The translations under genes were made by a program, and so were the position numbers. From Eledone cirrhosa (lineage: Eukaryota): 64,000 bases of DNA. The stretch's first letter is position 1. Each line of letters starts with the position of its first letter. The stretch spans positions 157,170,001 through 157,234,000 of the forward strand of contig OZ024742.1 in assembly GCA_964016885.1 (NCBI GenBank). The letters are read 5' to 3'. The notes under the pieces are model-generated. The model ran no database searches, was not told the DNA's origin, and worked only from the letters and a program-made list of their open reading frames with translations. This document shows positions 27,496 to 39,577 of this stretch, piece after piece.

Positions 27496-28007
27496 GACAG
27501 GGGGGAAGAAAAAATGGCTTCACTTGTGCTTTCAACAAATTTATTTTCTTCACAAAATCCCAAAAGAATTTTTTTCCGGATTAGAAAAAATGTTTTCTTA
27601 GAAAAAATTATTTTATAAATTAAGTTGTTGGTTGTTGGTTAGGTCTTAGGAGTTCTTGGTTAACGTAGGAGGTATTGTTTCGTTTTCAGAACAGTTTGAC
27701 AAGCGCACCTCAGCGTGAAAGGTCGTTCTAAAAACGAAACAATACCTCCTACGTTAACCAATACCTCCTACGTTAACCAATACCTCCACGTTAACCAAGA
27801 ACTCCTAAGACTTAACCAACAATCAACAATCAACAATTTATAAAATAATTTTTTCTTAGTAAAAAAAATGTTTTTTCTAATCCGGAAGAAAATTCTTTTT
27901 GGATTTTGTGAAGAAAATAAATTTGTTGAAAGCACAAGTGAAGCCATTTTTTCTTCCCCCCTGTCTTAATATACCTAACTGTACCAAGGATTACACACAT
28001 TTTCCAA
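27490..28007. mobile_element. Fold-back insert in (TA)n (arms ~27490-27692 and 27725-27972, 35-bp tail)
   Basis: Clear inverted arms. A 19-bp unit is triplicated in the right arm only. No clear HHR. Confidence 0.8.
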
Positions 28008-28414
28008 TATATATATATATTAATAAAAGGAATTCCAACTTTGTCTGATTTACTCGTTTTATTTACAATCCTTTAAAATATATAATGGTATTATAATGAA
28101 ATAGTATGATAGAATATTAAATGTTAAGTGTTAATTGAACAAGTACGTTCATGCTTTCGCAACCTTCAGGTTCATAATGTGTGGTGACAGTCAAGTTTGC
28201 AATTTTCAACTGTAATGAGATGGGTAAATTTATATACAGTGAAAAGTTGCTCCAGAAGGGTAAATCTTGCAAACTGTATTTCGACCAGTCGGTCTGTAGT
28301 TTCACTGAATTACTAAAGCTGATTGGTTTAGGCGTCACGGTTGGTTAAGCATGTCTAACGACCACTAATTGATCCTATCCAAAGCATCAATTGTTTTGCT
28401 ATTTTTAGAAATGA

Positions 28415-28998
28415 TGAATATAATTAGTCCTTCATCAGTGATCTTCCAGCCTTCATTGGTATTTCTTTCTTTCTTTAAAGATCATATACCTCTGGTTGGT
28501 GCGAGCAATAACTAAAGAAAGTTATTGGGACACCTTACATAGGGTGAAGCGAGCGAGACATATAAACAAACAAAGATGGTAATGCAACGGAAAGATAGGA
28601 AGAGGAGAAACAAGTCTGTGATATATGTGAACTTAAGTTCTGTGAAATCATAGACGAGGAGAGATACAGACCATCCGACCAGTCTGATATGTGAGCGAGG
28701 AAAGGATTTCACACAGGTCAAACGGGAGGGAGTGAGAGAGGGGGAGAAGCAGAGAGTGAGTGAGGGAAATTGTGAGGAAGAGGCCAGCGGAGAGAGAGTG
28801 ACTGGCAGAGGGCATTAAAAAGAAGGTGGGAGTTACAGAGAAAGGGGAAGCAGTAAGAAAGAAACAGACAGATCGCAGCGGAGGAATAAATATAAATATA
28901 TGAACAATGGCTTGCTGCGTGGTTGCACATTGGTTACATATGAATAAAATTAGTCCTTCATCAGTGATCTTCCAGCCTTCATTGGTATTACTTCGCTT
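28415..28998 (-). repeat. Unit with ~50-bp terminal direct repeat (period ~525 bp); related copy at ~42540-42697 (+)
   Basis: aattagtccttcatcagtgatcttccagccttcattggtatt is present twice. Confidence 0.65.
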
Positions 28999-29014
28999 TG
29001 TATATATATATATA

Positions 29015-29484
29015 TATTTTTAGTATATGTTGGTTGTTTATCGTCACCTCAGTATGCAGATTGGAGCACTCGACGAAGTACGCAGGTTGGTTTGGTTACT
29101 CCGGAGTAATGTAAAATAAAGTAATTAAGTCAAATATTTAAAATGTGGCTTCGTTTATTAAGGATGTACTGCTATATATATTTCGGTGACAACCATCATT
29201 GGCTGTGACCTCTTCAGGCAGTCCGAATTTGTGTGGTAGAGACAGGTACATATGTTGTTAAAGTGTTTTACTCCGTCAATACTCTGATATGTCCAGCTCC
29301 TGGTTGGGTTGTTATTTCTCTGAGAAACTGGAATCATATGATTTAACAACATGTGTACCTGTCTCTACCACACCAATTCGGGCTGCCTGAAGAGGTCACA
29401 GTCAATGATGGCTGTCACCGAAATATATATAGCAGTACATCCTTAATAAACGAAGCCACATTTTAAATATTTTATTAATTACTT

Positions 29485-29491
<7 letters not shown>
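29015..29491. mobile_element. Fold-back HHR insert (family F): arms ~29111-29250 and 29341-29491, ~95-bp tail
   Basis: Inverted arms, each with an HHR. Second independent copy at 49684-50213. Confidence 0.9.
29383..29435 (+). ncRNA. Minimal type I HHR (mirror copy at 29169-29221, minus)
   Basis: ctgc-CTGAAGA-ggtcacagtc..ggctgtcacc-GAAA-tatata-TA^gcag. Confidence 0.88.
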
Positions 29492-29564
<73 letters not shown>

Positions 29565-31049
29565 GTATATATCAAACGAAACTGAAAAAAATGAAAATGA
29601 AATGAAACAGTTATATATATATATAGAGAGAGAGATAGAGAGAGAGAGAGAGCGAGAGAGAAAGAGAAAGGGAGAGAGAGGCTGCATGTCTGAATCAAAT
29701 TGACGAAAAACAGTCAAAATATTCAATACATGGTCGGTGAAGCACGTGGGGAGCAAAATTAAATATATTCTTGTCTGATTCAAATTAACCCTGAGTTACT
29801 TTGAAAAGTTTAGCTATATATTTTCTCCAAATATTGGTCAAGCGAATAACAGCAATAACAACAGACGCTAAATCAACAAGAACTACAACAACAGGTACAA
29901 GAGCAGCAACAATAAAAACATGAACAGGAAGATGACACGGTCACCAGTTCTCCACTTTCAGATTCCCATCCACCAATTTCACTGAATACCTTAAGAGGAA
30001 AACCACAGCAACCACGAACTTTGACATCATCACCATCCTCGTTATCATAATTTGCTGTTACTTTTATTAACATTTCTACCACCCCAACCATTAAAAAAGA
30101 TAATGCTTATTTACTGTACAATTGCACCTAAATCCACATATTTATGCTACAGTAAAATGAAAAATATGTCAACGTTTATGACGTAGCATGCTCACAAACT
30201 CCCATTGCACAAACATGAAACCCCAAAATAGGTCGTTATTGACTGCGCCATAGGCTCTACACGTGCACTGACTGGATCTTCACGCATCTACTTGGGATAA
30301 GACGCACAGTAAAATCACTCGTTTTCCAGTGTCTCGACGCACTACCAGATATGGGGCTCCAAGCTAATTCTAACGAACCGGAAAATCACCCTCTTCCGCA
30401 CCAATTATTCTTCATATATTCACGAATGTACAAAAATAAAATCACAACCAGAAGTAGAAAATATAACCTCTTCTAACTGTGCAACCACATGTCTAGTCAG
30501 ATTACTAAAAAATAATACCTCTTTAGCCAAGATAAACCTGGCAAATAAGATATAAATAAGAACATTCTAAGTATCACACAACACCAAGATCTGCTATTAA
30601 CCCAGTGCACGCAACAACCCCCACCCCCATTGCTGTCGCTAACAATCAAGTGCAAAATGAGCGCCCTGAAACAGTCAAAACCAAGCACTACTCCAGCCTC
30701 AATATTTCTAAATAAACAAGTTGTCAGCCCTACCATCAATACACAAAAATGAAAGGTTCATTGAGGATTGGATATAATTGACAAACTTAACAGACCACAT
30801 CACTTTCTAGATTTTAACCGAGATCTATCTAGACAACTTCAAATCGTAAGTCGTAGTGAAGGTGAGAAATTGTGTGGGTAGAAGGGAGGAAGGAACTGAA
30901 ATATATTCAGCAATGGTTATTTTGAATCAGTCACCATGTACATCAATGCCAATGATTTGATAACAGATGGGTTCTATAAGCTACCTTGAACAACAATATT
31001 CTGCTGCAAAGAAGGCCTCAACAGATTAAGTTTATATATCTATATATAT

Positions 31050-34000
31050 ATAAACGTTTGTATATGTATAATAAAGTCAAAACAATGCAGGTATGGACAT
31101 AGAATAAAGAATGCAAATGCAAAAGATATTGTTGACAATTAGTCTTTTACCTTAGATTTATTTAAATGTCCTTAATTTTCGAGATAAAATATCTTCTTCG
31201 GAGGGAAGTAAAGCGGTTAAACCAGTGTTCTAAATAGCTTGCCAAGTCATGCTGACAGGAAATGGTATAGAGTATCTGTTCTATCTCTAATGTCAAAGAG
31301 TTAAGGTTAGGTGGATAAAGAGTAGTCTCCCTTTAAAAAGGTTTTTTTTTTGTTTATTTGTGTACATGCCTGTTTAAGTGTGTGGGAGAATGCATGAAGG
31401 TGTAAGTATGTGAGTGTGTGTGTGTGAGAGTGAGAAGATATGTCTATACGTAAATGTGGGGGATAGATGTTATCTCGTGTTAGAACTGGTCTTTGTTGTG
31501 TGTATGAGTGTGTGTGAGAGAGAATAAGTGCTGGTGTAAGCGTGTGTGCGTGTGTGTGTGTGTGTGCGTTCGTGTGTGTGTGCCTGTGTGTGTGTGGGGT
31601 GTAAATATGGGGCTAGAAGTTCTATCAAGTTATACATTGGGTGTTGAGTTCTAGTCTATTATTGAATGGTGGTTGTGTTTTGTCTATAATTAGTGATTCC
31701 TTAATTCTAAGATTGCCGAGGTTTCTTTCCTTAGTTTCTATCCTAACTGTTATGGTTTTGTCGGTGTTTTTGCATTTAACTAGGTGTTTCTTAAATGAGG
31801 AAGCGTTAGTATTGAGGTGTTCTTTTATTCTTACGTGGAGTGGTCTGGTGGTGCTACCTACGTAGACGTTGCTGCATTTGTCACACTCTAGTCTGTATAC
31901 CACGTAAGCCTGGTGGCATAGGTCTGTGTCGTTGATGGGGCAGTTGGCTAGCCTGCAGCAGTTGTCATGTATGGTGGAGTGTCTTTTGGTTAGCTGTCCG
32001 CGTAAAGAAGGACCTGAGTGGGCCAGTTGGATATCTAGTCCCTCTCGTCTGATAGCTCTGCGGATGGCTGTTGTTGTTTCATCACTGAAGTGTGGGAGCT
32101 TCAGGAAGCAAGTGTTAGTGCTTCGGGTGTGGTGTCCTCTGTTCTTTCTGGCACGGTTTGTGGTGGATGACGTGTATCCATTCACTTTGACTAGTTCCAG
32201 GAAATGTGTTGTGTGTGTGTCTCGGTCTCTAGCGTCGGTGCATTTGTTCCGGATACGTGTAGTTTGTTCCTTATGTATCCGAACTTAGCGCCGGCTGGGA
32301 GGGCCGATCTGAAATGTACGAACAGGTCCCTGCTGGCGGCTTTTTTATAGAAGCAGGTGTGGATGTTGCTTTCCTCTGTTACGCTGAGTTGGAAGTCCAT
32401 TAGGAATAGGGATCCGCGGTCATCGGGGTGTTCCATGCTGAACTTTATACTGGCGTCCATGCTGGAGAATGTTGTGTATATTGTATCTGCCTCCTGACGG
32501 GATGATGTAAGGATGAGTATGTCATCTACATATCGGGTGAATAAGGTATGGGAATGGCAGGTGTTACGGGCTCGTCATTCTAGCTCATTCATATAGGTGA
32601 TGGTCAGCAGGCCCGACAGGCTGGATCCCATGGGTAATCCTGTTGTCTGTCTGTATGTGTGGTGGTGGAAGGTGAAGTACGAGTTGTCCACTGTGAAGGA
32701 CAAAAGCTGGTGTATGTCCGTCGGATGGAGGCCGTAGCAGTGTATGTCCTCTGCGACCACGCAGTCCGTCAATAAATCGACAGCTGGATGAGCGGGGACT
32801 GTAGTGTAGAGGGAGGACAACGTCGAGGCTAAAGGCGTATCTATTTAGTTTAAGTTGTTCTGGCTGGTGTTGGTGTAGTCTACGTATAACTTCGTCAGAG
32901 CTACATGCCCGGGAAAGGTGGAGAGTAGAGGCTTGAGGACCTGGGAGAGGAGCCAGGAAATTTGGTATAGGGGTCCTTCTATGCTAGAGACGATGGGTCT
33001 ATTTGCGTCTTAGTACTATTCTTGTGGGTCTTGATGAGGTGGTAGAAAGTGGGCAGTCTGCTACTTCTAGTGGTGTAGTTGAGCTTAACTTTATTTGGGA
33101 GTTGTCTTCTCTTACAAATATCGAACCAGATGCAGTTGGTCTGTTTTTCGATTTGGGCTGCAGTCATGTCCGGGATCTCTGTATATAATTCATTGTCGCT
33201 TAGGTGTTCAAAAGCTAGGTTGTTGTATGTGGCTTGAGAGATGACGCAAAAATATTACCTTTGTCTATGGTAAATATATAAGTTCCCTATTCCGTAGGTT
33301 CTTCAGGGCGAGTTGTTGTGTCCTGGAGAGGTTTGGGGCTATCTACTTCTGTTTCCGTAAGATGTTAAATACGGAATGTTTTAGCCTCGAGAGTTTTTCT
33401 TCAAGCTAGCGGTTGGCAGGCAGTGGGCAGAGTGGGCGATCCAGTTCGTATATCGGTAATCTGGGTTTGTTAGATTCCGTGGTGTTGTTGCCGAGAGTCG
33501 ATATCCATTTTAGTTGGTAGGCAGCCCGACAGAAATTCGTTTCTATGTCGAGCCATAATTTGTCGTCCAGTCTCTGTTTCAATATGAACTTGGGACCCAG
33601 GCTGAGGAGGTCTAATTCCTCTTGGGAGAGGGATCATGTCAAGTCCGTGACGAGCTGTTTTGCTTCAGGTGTGTTGTTGGTCAGGGCGCCGCTAGGTTCG
33701 ATGTTGGTACCGTCTTGTTCGCCTCTGTTGGTGCTTAGAGTTGGGATGTTGTTATGACGATTAGCCGTGCTGAGTTTGAGAATTTTTTTGCGTTAGGCGT
33801 ATTTTCTCGTAGTCTCGGCGATGGTTGTATGACCTGTCTATAGCGGCGGAGATAACTCTGGACAGAGGTTATGGGGTTTCAGCGAGTTGTGGTACAAGGC
33901 TGGAAATAGTCCGTATGTGTTGTTGTAGCGTGCGGTGTAGGTGTTTTATGAGTATTCTTAGGCAGAATGTTTGTATGTAACTAAGTGATCGTTTGAGGCC

Positions 34001-34620
34001 TGATGATTTGAAGCATGTTGGTAGGTGCAAGTTTTTGATAGTTTTGGGGATGATATTGTTATTCAGGCATCGTTTTAGGATGTTAATTTGGCAGCCGGCT
34101 TTGGCGCGCTTTTCAGATAGCTGGAAGAGTTTCTTTACAGTTGTGAACTGGGCCTGGCTCAGGCGTAAGGAAAGGAGGAGATTATAGTTCACTTGAAGCA
34201 TTGTGTAATGAGGTATAAACGTTTGTATATGTATAATAAAGCCAAAACAATGCAGGTATGGACATAGCATACAGAATGCAAATGCAAAAGATATTGTTGA
34301 CAATTAGTCTTTTACCTTAGATTTTATTTAAATGTCCTTAATTTTCGAGATAATAACTCTTCTTCGGAGGGAAGTAAAGCGGTTAAACCAGTGTTCTAAA
34401 TAGCTTGCCAAGTCATGCTGACAGGAAATGGTATAGAGTATCTGTTCTATCTCTAATTTCAAAAAGTTAAGGTTAGGTGGATAAAGAGTAGTCTCCCTTT
34501 AAAAGGTTTTTTTTGTACATTCCTGTTTAAGTGTGTGGGAGAATGCATGTAGCTGTAAGTATGTGAGTGTGTGTGTGTGTGAGAGTGAGAAGATATGTCT
34601 ATAGGTAAATGTGGGGGATA
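31050..34620 (-). mobile_element. Near-full-length Penelope/Poseidon-type PLE (pLTR-ORF-pLTR, period 3165 bp) with a disrupted ORF
   Basis: LPTFYHLIKTHK, TYRQTTGLPMGSSLSG, FTRYVDDILIL, VVYRLECDKCSNVYVGSTTRPLHVRIKEH. pLTRs at ~31050-31475 and ~34215-34620. Confidence 0.92.
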
Positions 34621-37027
34621 GATGGATCGCCCACTCTGTCCACTGCCTGCTCACCGCGAGCTTGAAGAAAAACTCTCGAGGCTAAAACATTCCGTATTTA
34701 ACATCTCACGGAAACAGAAGAAGATAGCCCCAATTCTCTCCAGGACACAACAACTCGCCTTAAATAACCTACGGAATAGGGAACTTATATATTTACCATC
34801 CGACAAAGGTAAGAGTTTTGCGTTATCTCTCAAACCACATACAACAACCTAGCCTTTGAACACCTAAGCGACAATGAATTATATACCGAGATCCGGGACA
34901 TGACTGCAGCCCAGATCGAAAAGCAGACCAACTGCATCTGGTTCGATATCTGTAGGAGAAGACAACTCCCAAATAAAGTTAAGCTCAACTACACCACTAG
35001 ACATAGCAGACTGCCCACTTTCTAACACCTCATCAAACCCACAAGAATAGTACTAAGAGGCAAATAAGACCCATCGTCTCTAGCATAGAAAGACCCCTAT
35101 ACCAAATTTCCCTGCTCCTCTCCCAGGTCCTCAAGCCTCTACTCTCCACCTTTCCCGGGCATGTCAGTACCTCTGAAGAAGTTATACGTAGACTACACTT
35201 ACTCCAGCCAGAACAACTTAAACTAAATAGATACGCCTTTAGCCTCGAAGTTGTCCTCCCTCCGCTCGTCCAGCTGTCGATTTATTGACGGACTGCGTGG
35301 TCGCAGAGGACATCCACTGCTACGGCCTCCATCCGACGGACATACACCAGCTTTTGTCCTTCACAGTGAACAACACGTACTTCACCTTCCACCACCACAC
35401 ATACAGACAGACAACAGGATTACCCATGGGATCCAGCCTATCGGGTTTGCTGGCCATCACCTATATGAATCAGCTAGAATGACGAGCCCTCAACACCTGC
35501 CATTCCCATACCTTCTTCACCCGATATGTAGATGACATACTCATCCTTACATCATCCCGTCAGGAGGCAGATAACATATACACAACATTCTCCAGCATGG
35601 ACGCCAGTATAAAGTTCAGCATGGAACACCCCGATGACCGCGGATCCCTATTCCTAATGGACTTCCAACTCAGGGTAACAGAGGAAGGCAACATCCACAC
35701 CTGCTTCTATAAAAAAGCCGCCAGCAGGGACCTGTTCGTACATTTCAGATCGGCCCTCCCAGCCGGCGCTAAGTTCGGATACATAAGGAACGAACTACAC
35801 GTATCCGGAACAAATGCACCGACGCTAGAGACCGAGACACACACACCACACATTTCCTGGAACTACTCAAACTGAATGGATACACGACATCCACCACAAA
35901 CCGTGCCAGAAAGAACAGAGGACACCACACCCGAGGCACTAACACTTGCTTCCTGAAGCTCCCACACTTCAGTGACGAAACAACAACAGCTATCTGCAGA
36001 GCTATCAGACGAGAGGGACTAGATATCCAACTGGCCCACTCAGGCCCTTCTTTACGCGGACAGCTAACCAAAAGACACTCCACCAGACATGACAACTGCT
36101 GCAGGCTAGCCAACTGCCCCATCAACGACACAGACCTATGCCACCAGGCTTACGTAGTATACAGACTAGAGTGCGACAAATGCAGCAACTTCTACGTAGG
36201 TAGCACCACCAGACCACTCCACATAAGAATAAAAGAACACCTCAATACTAACGCTTCCTCATTTAAGAAACACCCAGTTAAATGCAAAAACACCGACAAA
36301 ACCATAACAGTTGGGATAGAAACTAAGGAAAGAAACCTCGGCAATCTTAGAATTAAGGAAGCACTAATTATAGACAAAACACAACCACCAATCAATAATA
36401 GACTAGAACTCAACACCCAATTTATAACGTGATAGAACTTCTAGCTCCATATCCCCCCCCCACACAGGCACACACGAACGCACAGACACACACACACACA
36501 CACGCCTACACCAGCACTTATTCTCTCTCACACACACACATACACACACAAAGACCAGTTCTAACACGAGATAACATCTATCCCCCACATTTACGTATAG
36601 ACATATCTTCTCACTCTCACACACACACACTCATATACTTACAGCTTCATGCATTCTCCCACACACTTAAACAGGAATGTACAAAAAAAAAAAACCCTTT
36701 TAAAGGGAGACTACTCTTTATCCACCTAACCTTAACTCTTTGACATTAGAGATAGAACAGATACTGTACACCATTTCCTGTCAGCATGACTTGGCAAGCT
36801 ATTTAGAATACTGGTTTAACCGCTTTACTTCCCTCCGAAGAAGAGATATTATCTCGAAAGTTAAGGACATTTAAATAAATCTAAGATGAAAGACTAATTG
36901 TCAACAATATCTTTTGCATTTGCATTCTTTATTCTATGTCCATACCTGCATTGTTTTAGCTTTATTATACATATACAAACGTTTATACCTCATTACACAA
37001 TGCTTCAAGTGAACTATAACCTCCTCC
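34621..37027 (+). mobile_element. Inverted 5'-truncated second copy of the same PLE, with pLTR and 40-bp tail
   Basis: Reverse complement of ~31050-33443 with scattered differences. HHR-like cct-CCGAAGA-a-gagat/atctc-GAAA at 36832-36866. Confidence 0.92.
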
Positions 37028-37049
37028 ATATATATATATATATATATAT

Positions 37050-37600
37050 ATACATTGCCATTCTAGTAACATATTAATGATGCAAAACTTCAATCGACCC
37101 TGTTTTGATTGATCTACAAACAGTTTCAAACCAGGTACTTCTATTTAAACCGTTGTCAAAGCAGCAGTAGAGTTACATCTACACTTCTATAGATGGGCCT
37201 GTCCCAATTTCTTCATGCACAAACAAGATAGCAGAAGCAAATGTTGCGCATTGTACTTAATAACCATATTAACACTTTACACAATATTGCAGTGGAAAAT
37301 ACACCAGCCTAAAATACACCTCTCTCCAGACCAACTATTTGATAACATGTATCTTCATAATTCCTGGGAACTGGGATGTAATCACTAACAATCTATCAGC
37401 TGCTGACTGGTTCACATCTCCACCAATTTCAAAACATCCGGCCAGATATATGTATACACGGTTACAAACATATGTGCAAAATATATCCCATCAAGAACTG
37501 TAAACTAAGCTAAATGTAGAATCCCCAAAACAGGAAAAACTATTACCAGAACAATAAAAAGAACAAACAACAAAATACAATACTGCCAACAGCAACGCAG
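37050..37600 (+). mobile_element. Highly decayed LINE RT remnant, probably continuing 29850-31030 across the PLE insertion
   Basis: GPVPISSCTNKIAE resembles the RT domain-1 motif RPISLxSCxxKxxE; A-rich strand bias. Confidence 0.35.
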
Positions 37601-38284
37601 ACATATGACTGCAATCGCATTTTGAAGTTATACGGTTCATGGTGTTAGGGGCCATGTAGATGAATTACTGAACGGTCTTCAGTGTCTGACTCTCCAGCTA
37701 ATTGAGTATTGGTAATGCCTCCCTTGTAATCATTGTGTGCCATTTTCACTCAACAACAGAATATAGCCAACATTTCACCGCTAGCATAGACGTTATAAAC
37801 GAATAACACAATCCGACATTCTCTTTGAAAGTGATATATCATACCAGCTTCGCTACTTACGGTTCAGCTTTGAATCAGTTCTAAGAAAACGAAATTGAAA
37901 TTGCGAAATATATACAAGTAAGGTTATATCAGGCATTTTGAACATCTAACTATCATATATAAAGTTAATATCATCTGTTAAGATAAATTTTATGATACAT
38001 TATGATACCTCAATATCTGTCTAGATTAAACAAGCGTATAAGAAATGGAGACGTCTGTCAGCAGTTTAAATTTGTAGTGTGGTGCTCGTTAGTAGATTAC
38101 ACCAAGTGAAGAAACTACAGTAGAAAGATTTTGTTCAAGTACAAATCAATGATCACACATAAAGTGACACATACATATAACAAACACACATGGACACTGC
38201 TTCACTATACATATACCTAAACTCCAAAAAATATGGTTTTGTGTGTGTGTGTGTGTGTGTGTCTGTGTGTATATATATAGAGAG

Positions 38285-38333
<49 letters not shown>

Positions 38334-39241
38334 TGTACACGGTGAGAAAAGGAAGAATAGTTTATGTATAAATATCTATATAAATTCTCTCGAGTCTAAC
38401 TTCATATTGATCTTACCTGTAATAGTCGTCCAAAGTCTAGTTGATAGATGAGATACATGGAAGAAATTAACCTTATTATATTCTGTAATTGTATACGTCC
38501 TTATTATCCGAGTGGATAATAATTCCTGTGAGTCAGATGTATAGTATGAAAGCATAAAGAAAGAAGGAAAGACATTCCGTAATGAATGAAAGAAAGAACG
38601 AAGGAAATAGTGGAAATTTGATGCAGCAATAATCAATAAATATAAATAGATTAATAGCGATATAGGTAAGATAATTTATACAAAAGATGAGGAAAGGAAG
38701 ATGTAAAAACAAATAGAGCGAAAGGGAATGGTAAAACTAGAGAGAAGCGAACGATGGGAAAATAACACAAAGGAAGTAGCGAAGACGTATCGATTATTAA
38801 GCCTTATCTAATATAACTCTATCATTAACAGCCTGATCAATTTCTTTCTTTTTCGGCGCATTCTCGGAATGCAGTCTTTACCACACTTCAATATCTGGTG
38901 GATATCTAAACTAACATTAAATGCATTAGAATCTTCGTTTAGCCATTTACCGATGATTTCTTTAGTTGATAGAAAACGTTTGGACAAAGTTCCTGTATTT
39001 AATATCATATTGATGTAACTTTATTTCATTTATATATTGTTTTCAAATGAAATAATTTTGCTTTCCCTGGATGTATATCAATTTCGTAATTATATTCTGA
39101 TTTTCAAAGTAAAAAGGTATTTTGTTTCAGGTTTCGTTCCTGTGTTGTTCTATTTATGTCCTTCTTATCTTATCTAGGTTTCTTTTACATTATCCCTCGT
39201 TTCATCAGATATATCTATTTTATTTTTACATTTTAGTACAT

Positions 39242-39520
39242 ACTAGCAGAATAGCCCGGCGTTGCTCGGGATTCTAAACATAGATTGGCATGTTTATCCC
39301 TCCTTTCTGAAAGAGTTTCATCGTTTGTTAATGCAGAAGTCCTAATAAAAAGTGAAGTCGCCTTGGGTGATTAGGCAAATAATTTTTCATTAAGATTTTT
39401 CAAAATTATGTAATTGCGTTTCCTCTCATTTTGGTTGTTGTTATTTTGCTGTTGTCAAGCCTCGTGAAATAAATACGTTTGTTTATATTTTGTTATTGTG
39501 TATGCAAAAATATCTGTACA
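39242..39520 (-). mobile_element. Helitron 3'-end fragment
   Basis: Minus strand cccgagcaacgccggg-ctattctg-CTAG-t; same terminus as 18078-18106. Confidence 0.7.
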
Positions 39521-39527
39521 CGAATAT

Positions 39528-39574
<47 letters not shown>

Positions 39575-39577
<3 letters not shown>

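Noticed and set aside
27740-27795. Short direct repeats resembling a CRISPR array
   Set aside because: Contiguous units with no spacers, no cas genes, and a eukaryotic context.
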